Below, piece after piece: positions 53,001-64,000 of a stretch of 64,000 bases of DNA (within the stretch, counting starts at the first letter, position 1; each line of letters opens with the position of its first letter). Location: positions 54,848,788-54,912,787 of the forward strand of contig CM120640.1 in the NCBI GenBank assembly GCA_051362555.1, read 5' to 3'. This stretch comes from Lingula anatina (taxonomy: Eukaryota; Animalia; Brachiopoda). Both the position numbers and the translations under genes were made by a program. Below the pieces are notes generated by a model. That model made no database searches. It had not been told where the DNA came from and saw nothing but the letters and a program-made list of their open reading frames with translations.

Positions 53001-55798
53001 TGTTTTAAAAATAATTTACTAAATGTGAATATTTTTCTTTTCACTTTGTCCCTTCAAACCCCTGTCCTATGTGAAATGTGGCATAAAGCTATATTGATAC
53101 CAGTAAAGTCCTGTCTGCATGGAGACATTTATTTTAGATAAAAACAGCAATTAAAGCATTTATGTGCCATTAATGCCCCAGTTAAGAATGAAACAGCATC
53201 TTACTGATAATTATCCCATTACAAAGAGAAACTCAGAATTTAAAATCTCTTTTTGTTTAACATTTGCATATATTTACAATAAAAAAGGTGTAAATTTTAA
53301 AATCAGTGTTGTGAATATAAAGTTTAAAAAATGATTAATCTTAAGTAAAAATAAGTATCTAATCACTTCTACCTGAAAACTAACTGTAGTTAAATAAATT
53401 TTTGTTTTAAAATAATATATATTCCAGTGAAACTTATTTTCTGCTTTCTTATCTTTATAAGTACACATAATAGCATTGTAGCATGCACTTTAGTTGAATA
53501 GTTTAGGGACTTTTTGTTTTAAAATTTCAGATTTTATGATTTAGAAAATAGCCATATTATCTAACAAGTAGCTGAATATTCTGTTTATCTTTGTTCACAG
53601 TGTGTCGTCTGCTAGAGAAAGAACAGAAGGAGCACAATGACCTCAAGCTGACCTGGCAGATGGCCAATGACCAGTTCCTGGAGTCCCAGAGGTTAATGAT
53701 GATGGACATGAGGAGAATGGAAAGTGTGTTGTCTGCTGAGCAGCAGAGGCAAATTGCAGGTACACACATACTTCACTGTCTGCAAATTGAATTTATCTGA
53801 TCATGGTTGTGGATATTAAAAGAAGTTGCAACATTGAATGTACATTTTAGAGAAGTTAAATGTCCCTTCTGCCCCCACCCCCATGAACCAACTCCTCATA
53901 TCCATTAGCCAAATTAGGTAATTTATATCTTTATGTTGATATTTCTTAGATTTTTTTTTTTTTGAACTTTCAGAGATGCAGAAGAAGGACCAGGACCGCG
54001 AAGCCCAGGAAAAGAAAGTTAGGGATTTGGAACAGCAGAGGAAGGAGCAGGAGCAGAGGATAGCAGGTGCTTGTTGCCTTAAAGTGTGGTTTGTAGTTAG
54101 ATTAACTGCAAGGAACATAAGTTGAAAAAATACAACTCTGTGTGTGCTCTTTAGGTTCTTTAAAAAGGGATTCTTCTTTTGATGGAAAATGTATTCCAAT
54201 AGATATTGTATTATGATTTTAGCATAAAGGTATATCACTTTATCAAGATATTTTGTATAATACCAAATTTTAGATGAAGAAAAACAGAGACAGGATCCAA
54301 CAATGAGCCCACCAAAGGGTCTGTCCCCAGAAAGTGACCAAGACGGATCATTCACAGGATCCAAAACTTCTCTGAACTCTCTACAACAAGATGACTTGTT
54401 GAACTTTTTTGACACTGACAATAGGGGAGAGGGTGAAGGGGCTGAGATACCCAAATCCTTCTCCAGTTCTCACATAGCAAATTTTTCCAAGGAGATATCA
54501 GAAAATAGTGGGCTCCATGAAACCAAGTCATTGCAGGGTGTGGATGGGGCAGGATCTACCATAAGGCCCAGCCCTGACAGGATAATACATATTCCTGGCC
54601 TGACACAAGAGCAACAGAAAGCGTTAAAAGGTTAAGTTGTTTTTTATCTTTGTACATTTGAATCCATGTGCATCATGATTTACAGACACACAATGAAAAG
54701 ACTTTATTTCATTTGCTTTCATTGCAACTTGGAATATAAAAAGGAGAAGTGCTGCTGTTGTGATATGAGAATATACTTAAATCCACCACTTAAAATTTCT
54801 AATAATATTTTCTACATTAAATTTTCATTAATGGAATGTTTTTATGATATTTTTTCTTTCAGATCCCACCCCTGAACATGAAGCTAGTAAAAGTTTAGTG
54901 GCCACAGTGAAGTCCCGGTCAGACACAATCAACCTAGCTGGCAAGAGGACTGTCAGTGAGAGGGAGTGGTTGTGGCTGCAGGACGAGGTAAGTGGACTGC
55001 CAGGATTTATTTTGATTTGTTTTTAGATAACTCCATTACTTCATTTGTATAGTTTGGCTAGAGTAATCAAAACATAATGAGACCTTTGGATATTATTTTC
55101 TTGTTTTGGCGTTGCTTTAAGTCAGACATTTGATTATATATGTGTATGGCTATAAAACAAATAATGCCAGAACTAATCCAGAATGCAGTTTTTTGTTGAA
55201 TGTTGTATTATGTCCATGCAAGGTACTTTTTCCTGTTAGCTTTATGATGCAGTGTCTTGATGAAGATCATTTAAATACCAGTAGAAATCCAAAGAGTTAT
55301 AAATACAAATTTGCCCTTGCTCATTTAATGCAGTAAAATTTATGTATATTTATATTGAAGAAGATCAAAGAAGTATGTGTACTTTGTTCAGTAAATATCA
55401 ACAAGCCGTAAAATAATCTGAAATATTGTTATTTTGTAGTTGAAAGCAGCCAGAGCAAAGTTGGGACGGCCCTGTGATATGTGCAATAACTATGAAGCTC
55501 AGCTGGTACAAGTGCAAAAGCAAGAACAAGAGGCTCAAGAAAAAATCAAATCCTTTGAGAGACAGTTAGATGTAGAGAAAAGAGCTTTAGAAGCTACCAC
55601 AAAACTAAAAGAGGAACTGGAAGAAACACTAAAAACTGCAGCAGAGCAAACTCAACAACAGGTAAAAAGGGCAGCACAGAAACATTTCAGATTAGTTTGG
55701 AAAATGTGATGAATTTTATCCAGATAGAATATTTTTTGTGTATTCATTGTAAATAATTGTCCACTGTAATTATATTTTAATTAAGATTTTTATTAGTG

Positions 55799-55838
<40 letters not shown>

Positions 55839-56465
55839 AGTGGCAGTTTTATTTTACAGATGGATCTTTTTGATTTCAGATAGCCACTTTAAATACAAAA
55901 GTCCAGGAGTCTGAGAGGTTTATGTCTCAACTCAGGCAACAGTATTCCCAAGCATTTACTGATCTCCAGGAACAGTTGGTGAGGATTTTACCATGCAAAT
56001 TTTTCTTCGTTTGGTATTCACAGAATATTTAGAGAATAATGTGTTGAGACTAAGTATTGATACATCTATTAGTTTCAATTATTTCATTTACCTTTTCAGA
56101 AAACATTAACAGAAACAAGAGAAGAGATACAAAAAGAGGTAAGGGGTTTTGCAGAAAACTTGCTTGAAGCAACACAAAAAGGGGATGTAGAATTTAATCA
56201 TTCAACAAAACATTCTATAAAAACAATCAGAAATACTTAAGTTAACTTGAAATATATATTTTGTGATAAGTTGTCCCTAGTGTTATATATTTATCTAGTT
56301 GTTCTTTTGTGCTGATTGATGAGAAGAGATTTCTATGGGTAATCTTCCCGTCATTGTCTTTAGCTGACACAACTCCAAGAAGAAAATGATGCATTGCTGG
56401 GCAGGCATTCCAAGACAGCACAACAGCTACAGAATGAGGAGATTAACCTTCCAAATAATGTGGAG
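41082..56465 (+). CDS. RABEP1: Rabaptin-5 (Rab GTPase-binding effector protein 1), partial; exons 41082-41121, 46957-47100, 47835-48029, 48403-48529, 49140-49233, 50197-50292, 50707-50796, 51098-51233, 53601-53759, 53974-54066, 54274-54630, 54863-54987, 55440-55661, 55880-55978, 56100-56138, 56364-56465; continues beyond window
   Basis: Translation includes EAEFGRKRAQFMDMF, AQEDAQMLKSVVLPLEEEI, VKELNHSLEVEKSSRTDLEMYTAVLNTQKSVLQDD...TWQMANDQFLESQRL and GRPCDMCNNYEAQL, all recognisable Rabaptin-5 blocks. The chain is 2118 nt in frame. Exon 1 and the 50707 exon are the least certain. Confidence 0.93.
41570..41742. mobile_element. 173-bp hAT-like MITE with 5-bp TSD
   Basis: TIR ctggggtagcgctaac / gctagcgctatcccag (14/16 match); CATTT on both flanks. 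Confidence 0.8.
41761..46591 (+). mobile_element. 4.8-kb DNA transposon (hAT-like DDE) in RABEP1 intron 1
   Basis: Perfect 12-bp TIR TAGGGAGGTCAG / CTGACCTCCCTA. The 8-bp flanks tttctcat and cttctgaa match only 5/8; a TA TSD is the alternative reading. Contains an interrupted transposase and subterminal palindromic repeats. Confidence 0.85.
42360..45462 (+). pseudogene. Decayed transposase: coiled coil, then DDE core, then C-terminal Spindlin-like domain
   Basis: Reading through in-frame stops (43491, 43698) and frameshifts (~42760, ~44090, ~44190) gives TLHGDGTTKYH, IKNTMSDQCATN, NFFCKVH (CxxH) and LEGNRF. No third catalytic Glu block is seen after FDVLT, suggesting an internal deletion near 44685. 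Confidence 0.8.
48564..48772. mobile_element. hAT-like MITE
   Basis: aagggttttcccag / ctgggaaaagccctg; 8-bp flanks cttgaaag and cttggtag (6/8). Confidence 0.65.
48848..48972. mobile_element. 125-bp hAT-like MITE with 6-bp TSD
   Basis: TIR cagggatgaga / tctcatccctg; AATATA on both flanks. Confidence 0.75.
51331..52796 (-). CDS. Galactose-3-O-sulfotransferase family (GAL3ST-like) type II Golgi protein, ~426 aa; exons 52796-52627 and 52441-51331; nested antisense in a RABEP1 intron
   Basis: 5'-PSB motif FIKIPKTASTT, 3'-PB motif ITCLREPFARFKSDYNY, and family block LVLISERLDESLVLLKRYLCW. Exon 1 encodes a hydrophobic anchor (GALSMSVSLFTAATYILLI). The phase-2 GT-AG intron joins in frame. Confidence 0.9.
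55800..55837. repeat. Poly-T tract upstream of a RABEP1 acceptor
   Basis: Direct observation. Confidence 0.9.
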
Positions 56466-57446
56466 GTAAGATATGGCGAATGTAGTACGTATGCACATAT
56501 TTTTTGATGGGATCAGAAATGTGTGAAAAGGAATTTGTATGTTTTAGATTGGACTTGATTATAATCTTTCAAGTTGGCTCTTAGTCACTAAATATATACT
56601 ATACATTTTAATGAAGAAACAAACAAATCATTTTCAGTAAATGGCTTTTATTGGACATAATTTTAGCCAGAACAAAAAATTATCTGTAGCTCCCAACACC
56701 TCAAATTTAGCCTTATTGTCACTCTTAATTATGATATCACAAGCATACACAGGTATTTTGATGCAATGAAAGTGAAGGCATGTCTTCCAGAAAAATATTA
56801 CTTGAAGTAATATTCTCTTTGATCAGAATTTTACGAGCAAAAAGAGTGCAGTAAAGATGACAAACCTGCATATGAAATTGATTAATGTACACAAAAGAAA
56901 CTCTTGGTCAGCACCACGTAATCTAGCTGCCTTGTCAATAATGTTCCATTTGCATTTGGTCAACAGAGTGTCAGTATTAGGACAAGTACTGAAAACAATA
57001 CAATAAAGAATATTTTACACTTTGACCACAAACACTCTGTGATTTGTTTAGATTTAACATAATTTTAAATCTTTTTTTTTAAATGTTAACAATCCATATA
57101 TGAGTTCCTTCCCCCAAGCAAAAAGAAACAAAACAATAATTCAATACTTGTGTGTATAATACACAAGTGTTGATGCTTTCAAACATATCACCCATCTCAA
57201 TTTCAGCAAAAATATTCTTAAGGATAGTGAATATGTCTTTTTCAAACTTATTATTTTTCATTAACATATCATTATTTGCATTTGTAATGTGCTTCAGGCA
57301 GATGCAAGAGAATGTCATGGAGATTAATGAAGATTTAGTTATTTATATACACAATATAAGGATTTTTAGATCCTTTGATTTTCGGTTTCAAATATTATGA
57401 TTTATACAAAAGACCGAAATAAACAGAGCTGCTACCCCTGTATAAT

Positions 57447-59546
57447 TTATATGTACGGGTTACTGTCCTGCAGGGTTCTTGGCTTGGAGACTTTGTCAGC
57501 CATATGAAAGCTATTCTGCTGTGACTCTCTGCGTGACACCATGCCCAGCTTGGGCCTCTTCAGTAGCAGCAGGCATAGGATGTCTGGCAACATGTACTTC
57601 AGCTTGTTCTTCTGGATATTCATGTACTGTAGGTTCTGTAAGTTGGATACCTCTTTAGGTATCTCTTCCAAAAGATTTGAGGAGATGTCTAGGAGGTGGA
57701 GCTTGGGTATGTTACATATCACTGCGGGGAATTCTTTGAACTTGTTGTTGCTGATATTCATACTTTGAAGGTTAAACATTGCAGACATGGTGCTAGGGAG
57801 AGATGTGAGGATGTTATTGGATACGTCAATGGTGTGAAGCTGGTCACATGCTGATATATCGGAGGGGATTGCACTTAAACCACAGCCATTTAGAAGGAGA
57901 TAATGCAGTTTGTTCATGTGAGACATGCGACCTTCAGGAATTACTGCCAGCTTTGGATTTTTGCTCATGTTTAGGTACTGCAACTGGGTGGTTTTATCCA
58001 GAACATTAGGCCACACACTGAAGTGGTTCTCCTTTAAGCTGATGTGACTCAATTCTCTGAGGTCAGCCAGGAAGTCTGGAAGTGAGTGTAGATAGTTTCT
58101 GTCCAAGCAGAGGCGTTTCAAATTGGTGCATTTTTTCACATTGCAAGGCACATGTAACAGGTGGTTGTGACTGAGGTCCAGGTTGGTCAGCAGGGTCATA
58201 TCTGCCACACTGGTGGGCAGACTCCTGATATAATTTCCCCTCAGCCGGAGAGACTGGACATTGGTCAAGGATGGGACAGTTGATGGAAGATCAATAAGTT
58301 TTTGATCACTCAAGTCTAGCTCTGTTTGTGTATAAATGTTGGTCTTCATAAATTTCTTTAGGGCAGTACTTCCCCATTTTGCATCATCTGGGATCACAAG
58401 ATTGCTGTCACTATCTTTTCTTCTGTGAGTGTGATACTTTGTCAGTCTTGGAGAATTTGTTGTGTAACACCGTTGTCGACTAACTGGCTGGTCATCTCGG
58501 GGTGTTGTGGGTTTGTCAGGCAATATTATGTCAGGGTAGCTTATTTGTGAATGTTCTTTTTGGGGCAGAATTGGAGTGTTTTCTTCCTCTGTAATGTCCT
58601 CAGTGCATGATCTATACCTTCTGCGTCCACTGATCAAGATGGCACTCTTCCTTGCTGCAAAGGATAAAGATAAGGGTGTCATGTCCTCCTGTTTTTCACT
58701 AAAGATATTGCTTTCATCTTCACTCCCAGCATCCAGACTAGATGATCTGAGCTTATTTGGGTAATTCATAGAGCCATTGCTTGATGAGCGAGTAGAAAAC
58801 CTCCGTCTTCTAGTTTCATAAAATTCCATCTCATCACTGATTGTGACATCTTGGTTGAAGTCTGGACCTCGTACCACATTATTGAAGCCTCCCTCAGCTA
58901 GATCAAGCTGCCAGGTCTGGTTAAGAGGGGAAACTTGTTTTCCTGATTCTTCATCAAAATCTATATCTTGTTCTTCTGTGACTAGATCTGTTGCCTCTCT
59001 GTCTGTGAACAACTCTGAAGGGCTAATGTCATCCACGCTGGAGAGCTTCACAAAATCTGGCGGACTCCCATGGAATGGACACTCATTTTCTACCCACAGT
59101 GCATTGTTTTTATCATTTTCCCTCTCATTTTCAACCCAGTATTGAGCTTTTGACTGTTCTTCTGTCTGATATTTTTGGAATGCTGTGCCACGCAGTGTGG
59201 TTGCTTGTGAGGTAGGTGCTGTTGCTGTTGGCCTCGAATTTTTAGACAGATCTGTGAGGGAAAGAGAATGACAGCGCTTTCTTCTTTCACCATTGTTATA
59301 TTGGAAATCGGTTTCTGTATCAGATCCAGGTGGCAGTGATGTCTTTACCCGGTTTCGCATAGGAAGTTCAGAGTTTGATCTTTGTCTGAAAAATCTCAAA
59401 TTTTGTACCAGGTTGCCTGTAGTGTTAGTGTTGTTATTGAGGGCATTGTTCTGATATTCAGTGTCTTGTAAAACATTGACCATTGGTGATTGGTCTGCCA
59501 CGCTGGATTCTTGGCCAGAATTTATAGTCCCTTCCTTCACCAACAT
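57447..59546 (-). CDS. Leucine-rich repeat protein, ~699 aa, single coding exon (disordered N-terminal ~410 aa plus ~11 C-terminal LRRs); nested antisense in a RABEP1 intron
   Basis: Repeated LxxLxLxxNxLxxLP units (e.g. LTNVQSLRLRGNYIRSLP, LTNLDLSHNHLLHVP). Acceptor ttttcag at 59557 lies just upstream of the ATG at 59546. Minus-strand AATAAA near 56647-56652. Confidence 0.9.
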   Translation of the reverse strand: MLVKEGTINSGQESSVADQSPMVNVLQDTEYQNNALNNNTNTTGNLVQNLRFFRQRSNSELPMRNRVKTSLPPGSDTETDFQYNNGERRKRCHSLSLTDLSKNSRPTATAPTSQATTLRGTAFQKYQTEEQSKAQYWVENERENDKNNALWVENECPFHGSPPDFVKLSSVDDISPSELFTDREATDLVTEEQDIDFDEESGKQVSPLNQTWQLDLAEGGFNNVVRGPDFNQDVTISDEMEFYETRRRRFSTRSSSNGSMNYPNKLRSSSLDAGSEDESNIFSEKQEDMTPLSLSFAARKSAILISGRRRYRSCTEDITEEENTPILPQKEHSQISYPDIILPDKPTTPRDDQPVSRQRCYTTNSPRLTKYHTHRRKDSDSNLVIPDDAKWGSTALKKFMKTNIYTQTELDLSDQKLIDLPSTVPSLTNVQSLRLRGNYIRSLPTSVADMTLLTNLDLSHNHLLHVPCNVKKCTNLKRLCLDRNYLHSLPDFLADLRELSHISLKENHFSVWPNVLDKTTQLQYLNMSKNPKLAVIPEGRMSHMNKLHYLLLNGCGLSAIPSDISACDQLHTIDVSNNILTSLPSTMSAMFNLQSMNISNNKFKEFPAVICNIPKLHLLDISSNLLEEIPKEVSNLQNLQYMNIQKNKLKYMLPDILCLLLLKRPKLGMVSRRESQQNSFHMADKVSKPRTLQDSNPYI

Positions 59547-62500
59547 CTTTATAGTCCTGAAAAATAAAAATAAAGCATAGTTCAGTATTGATTTGTCAAA
59601 TGTATATAAAATCTTGAAATTTGAATAATATAATGCACTGATATCAGCAGAAATTTGATGTTGGTTAGTGCTTGATTTTATGTTTTTAATCAAGAACAAT
59701 TAATGGAAACTTTATTTCTTGTCAGGGAATGATTTATCACATGCAGCTAACTGTAGCAAAGCAAATTTATCCATTTTCCTTAATCTTTAACAGGAGCGCC
59801 TTGTTTGGAATAACAACTACATAGATTATTGGTTTTACACACTTATCCCAATTATTTTCATGCATTTTTTTCTCCCAACTTTTAGCTGTGGTCTGTGCTC
59901 TTTTTATTAGGTAAAATTGATTTCAAAGGGATTGCAGTGTTGTTTTAATCATGCCATTGTACATATTTTGAGACCTACAGTGGAGCTAATATTGATGACT
60001 TCACTGCATAAACAACACCGCAAAATGTGATGGTTTTTAATTAATTATGAAATGGTACATATTTATTTAGTTGATGCTGTTTGCTGTTGATAAATGTTTT
60101 CTTCTCATTTTCAATGTCAAAATGTGTATACACTGCTGTTTGAAATTGTAGAACCAAGGATCAAGATCATTTTCTTAAATTGTTTGAAAGATTAAAAGTA
60201 AGAGTTGCTCCAAACCTTCACATCTTGTAACTGAAGTATGCACCAGTATTCCTTAAAATTATGGCTTCGTGGCAAGCTATGCTAATGCATGACCATCATA
60301 CCCAGATATGAAAATGCTTATCATTTTGTTCTAATGTCATAGTTTTGTTTCTAGAGAGTGCACTGCCTGTTTTATCAATTTAATCAAGACTGATTGCTGC
60401 TGCAAATGGCTGTGGTTATTTATGGTATGCTTCTCCAACCTGATTGCAGTATATGAAACAAAATTTGTAATAATTTTGGATAGTGTTTATTAAATCTCTT
60501 GCACCTTCCTAACTCTACTAAATAGATACTATATAAGGACTAAATTCCCAATTACCACATGCCCATTTAGCCTTTTACACAAACCAACTAGTCTGTGGAA
60601 CACAATAAAATACACAAACTTGATGTCCCTACATAGCAAATTCATCCTTACAATTGCAATTAACCCAAAACCTGAGGGGGGGGGGGGGGGGGGTATCCCA
60701 TAGTTCCTGAAGTGTCCCTTTTTATGAAGGAATTTAAATGTTTTATACTATCTGTGGCAGAATAACAACAGTTTCCTCACTGATAAAGTAAAGGAAGCCA
60801 AATCAGTAGGTATTAGTGAATATAAATGTGAAAGCAAGATATTGGTCCTTGTCCTTATTCACTATTGGGCTAACTATAACCTTCCAACAGATTGACTGCT
60901 GTAACCAGACAACTTAATTGCTACACATGAAATATAGAACATGTAAGGCACCAAAGGCTTTACATGCAATATGTTGGTCTGGTTATGTCAGTAAGACTTT
61001 TCATGGTTAAAAGATCATCATGTGAATATGACCAGCATTTATTCATACTGCTTATAGTATAGGATATATAGGATTTGTCCTCCCTTGTATTATTCCTGAC
61101 CTAATGTGCATTTGAGAACACTTGGTTGCAAATAAATACAACTGAGATAACTGGATCTCATGGAGAATTGAATTAAAGTGTTTCTCTTCTACATACGTGG
61201 TTTACATATATTGAAAAAGACAATTAAAATTGAATTGCAGCTGAGTGGCTGCAAGTTAAACTTCTGATACAATCTACTTGGGGTGAAATGACATAACATA
61301 TTTAAGGCATTTATGCCACCTACCTAAGTTTGTATTTTTAAAATAAAAAGCTATGTGTTTTGGAATATAATAATCCTGGTCTTCCTTCTTTATGACAACA
61401 TGTCTGCTCTGCCGTGTCTGTAATGGTGGTCTCAGGTCTAGCAGTGATTTCTACCCTCACACCTTTGTTTACAGTTGGTTTTTTCAAAGTGTCACTTTCA
61501 CCAAATCTTATCTGTCAGTCCCAGGCACTAATCTAAAACCCAGACAGGTAAAAACACTTGAATATGGTGCTAATACAGGACAAGCTGAATGTTGGAAGGC
61601 TCCTGCCTAATTCAGCGGACACAGCCACAAGTTAACCTAGTTATCATAGAAGTGTGAGCAGTGCTTGAGGTCAAATAAGTTTAAATGCCTGTTTTTAGTG
61701 ATAACACGTTCTGCATGGTACATCCCTGATTCTGTTCCACTTGTTCTAATATTAATATTCACTGGTACCAGGAAACACTTATCTCATAATTCCAAGAAGT
61801 GAGGTGATAATATTGAAGGGGAATTATCTGAGATAGCACAAAATTAGGCCTACAGCACTGTGTAACATCATACAAGACATGGAAAACATGTGAGAATATG
61901 AAATTCTGCATGAAGTTGAGCCAACTTTTAGTAGTAAGTGTGAAAATCTATGAGTCCTAAATGTGACAACCAAAAGATGATGAATTTATACTGGTGCACT
62001 ACAGATTGTAATTCAGCAAAACTTGAGAAAACAATAAATATATATATATATATAGTAATGACAGCTTTTATTTGTAACTGCACCACACTCACTTAATGCT
62101 TCTGATCCTCCTCTCCTTCAAAATCTTCAAAATCTCACTTGATTTTACACTAAGGTGTGAGACTAAGTGTAATATTGAATAATTCCTTTTGTGTCCCTGT
62201 TGAATGGCACTAAATAATCATGCTTGGCAATTACTTGGTATCCTGTACCTGTGTGTAACAGGATACACATAATTTTTAAATAAACTATCAGTTGGGCCTA
62301 GCAACTGATAAATCTGTCTCCTGTTTATAGTTATACTGGAATATTATGTACTTTGGTACGTACTAATAAAAAGCTGAAGGATTAAGCTCCTAAAATGACA
62401 TATTTGATAACCTGTTAATATAAACTCTCTCTCTCTCATATGTACATGTGCTACTGATTAAAATGTATACTAAATAAATAATAAAATGTGACTGCCAGCT

Positions 62501-64000
62501 GTTTGTATCACAACACATATGACTAATATTTTCATAGTGCATGTGCTCGTTTAATAATAATAAAAAAAAAAGGTATATTCACAGTTAACATTTGAAATTT
62601 ATGGATGTGTACCTGAATGTGCTATGCAAATTACCAAGGCTGTCTGCAGGTCCCCTTGTGTGTATATAAATGTATTTAGCATGAGCGTGTCCTTGGCACA
62701 AAATCAGAATTTATATATCATGACTGATAGGATAAAGCTTCACATTAATTTCACATACAATAAGATGCAGATGAAAAGAAATATTAAATGTTACTTTGTT
62801 ATTTTACCTGCATAAGGATCCTGTATTTAATTTCAGTATTAAGTAGAAGCTGCACAGATATTGAAAGTCAGGGATTGCTTTTCTTATGATGATCAAACCA
62901 TACCTAACAGTCGTAGAAAAACACCAGATAAATGCCTTAATCAAAACCTGCTTGGTAATATCAGACATTATAAGCACCTACTTCACATGCACTGAGCTGT
63001 AAATAATATAATTTCACAGCCTCACAGGTGTATCTTACTTAAAGGTTATCAAGGGTGTCCAGTTATATGGATTAAGGTGTTGACATACTTAAAAGATTGT
63101 TAACACCGTGGCACTTCACATCTGTATTTCTCATTAAAATGATCATGCAAAACGATATGCTGTTACAAATCTAGATCAATCTTACATTCAAATATAAATG
63201 TGTGCAGCTATCAGAGCATGACACGACTTACTTGCCATACCTATGTCCCTGAAGTCCGTAGCTCTTTGCTGGCTCCTAATACCCAAACCCTGTGTGCCTG
63301 GCGGGAATTGTGAAGGCTGTGTTTACCTATTCAGTCTTTATTGACCTCACGTTCTGCGCATGGGTACTATTGATGCTTGCCTTTCAGCTCAATAACAAGT
63401 ATTACAGAGAGTGATGTGAAAAAAAACAAGCAAATGTGACCTTTATATAGCTATTGAATTGAAAGGCTCTTTAAATATTTCTGATGATAATCATGTGATT
63501 GTTTAATCATTTGCAAATTTAGGTTATGCTGGTGTAGGGCTGCAGCTGCCAGCACAATAAAGGAGGAACTTGCTATTTTCATTGGTTTGTGGAAAAAAGT
63601 TATTTAAGATTTCCCTCTTGCTTGATAATTTACATAGCATTTGTAGTATTTTCAACCTCCTTCAATGATGTGGATGTGGTTCAATAGTATTATAGCATTG
63701 TATTTACACAGTCTGTTCACAGGTAGTGTTCTAATATGTACATATTGTTTGTTCTTCAAAAGTGAAGCATGTTGTGCATAATAATTCACCTCACTTGAAC
63801 CAGCAGAGTCTCTTAAACATGTGGGTTTTTATTTTGACCAAAGTTAAGCAAGGATTTATTGCACACATAAACCAATGGGAACCAGAGCAATATAAATTTC
63901 TGTTTAAACATAACTTGATTATTACTGCTGGACACAAGAACTGAAGATTATAGATCATAGTAATTTTACTTACCAATTACACTATGGTATGCAGAAACAC

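Noticed and set aside
60676-60693. Poly-G run as a functional G-quadruplex
   Set aside because: Simple homopolymer of unreliable length with no supporting context.

Overview
AT-rich, intron-rich animal genomic DNA, probably from a marine invertebrate (taxon is inference only). I assembled exon chains by hand from GT-AG sites and reading-frame phases. Genes: (1) phosphatidylinositol synthase CDIPT (minus strand, 5 exons, runs off the left edge), head-to-head with (2) an uncharacterised ~1312-aa largely disordered protein; (3) a Dlish/Vamana-like two-SH3 protein of ~594 aa; (4) Rabaptin-5/RABEP1 (16 exons here, runs off the right edge). RABEP1 introns host two antisense nested genes, a Gal-3-O-sulfotransferase and a single-coding-exon LRR protein. 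Its intron 1 holds a 4.8-kb decayed hAT-like DDE transposon whose C-terminus looks like a Spindlin (Spin/Ssty) Tudor-type histone reader. There are many MITEs with visible TIRs and TSDs, including two nested insertions. No rRNA, tRNA or CRISPR was seen. Best leads: the transposase-Spindlin-like fusion inserted near a promoter, the duplicated splice acceptor in CDIPT, the two tightly nested antisense genes, and the motif-rich disordered protein. All family assignments come from motif recognition and recall, not database searches.
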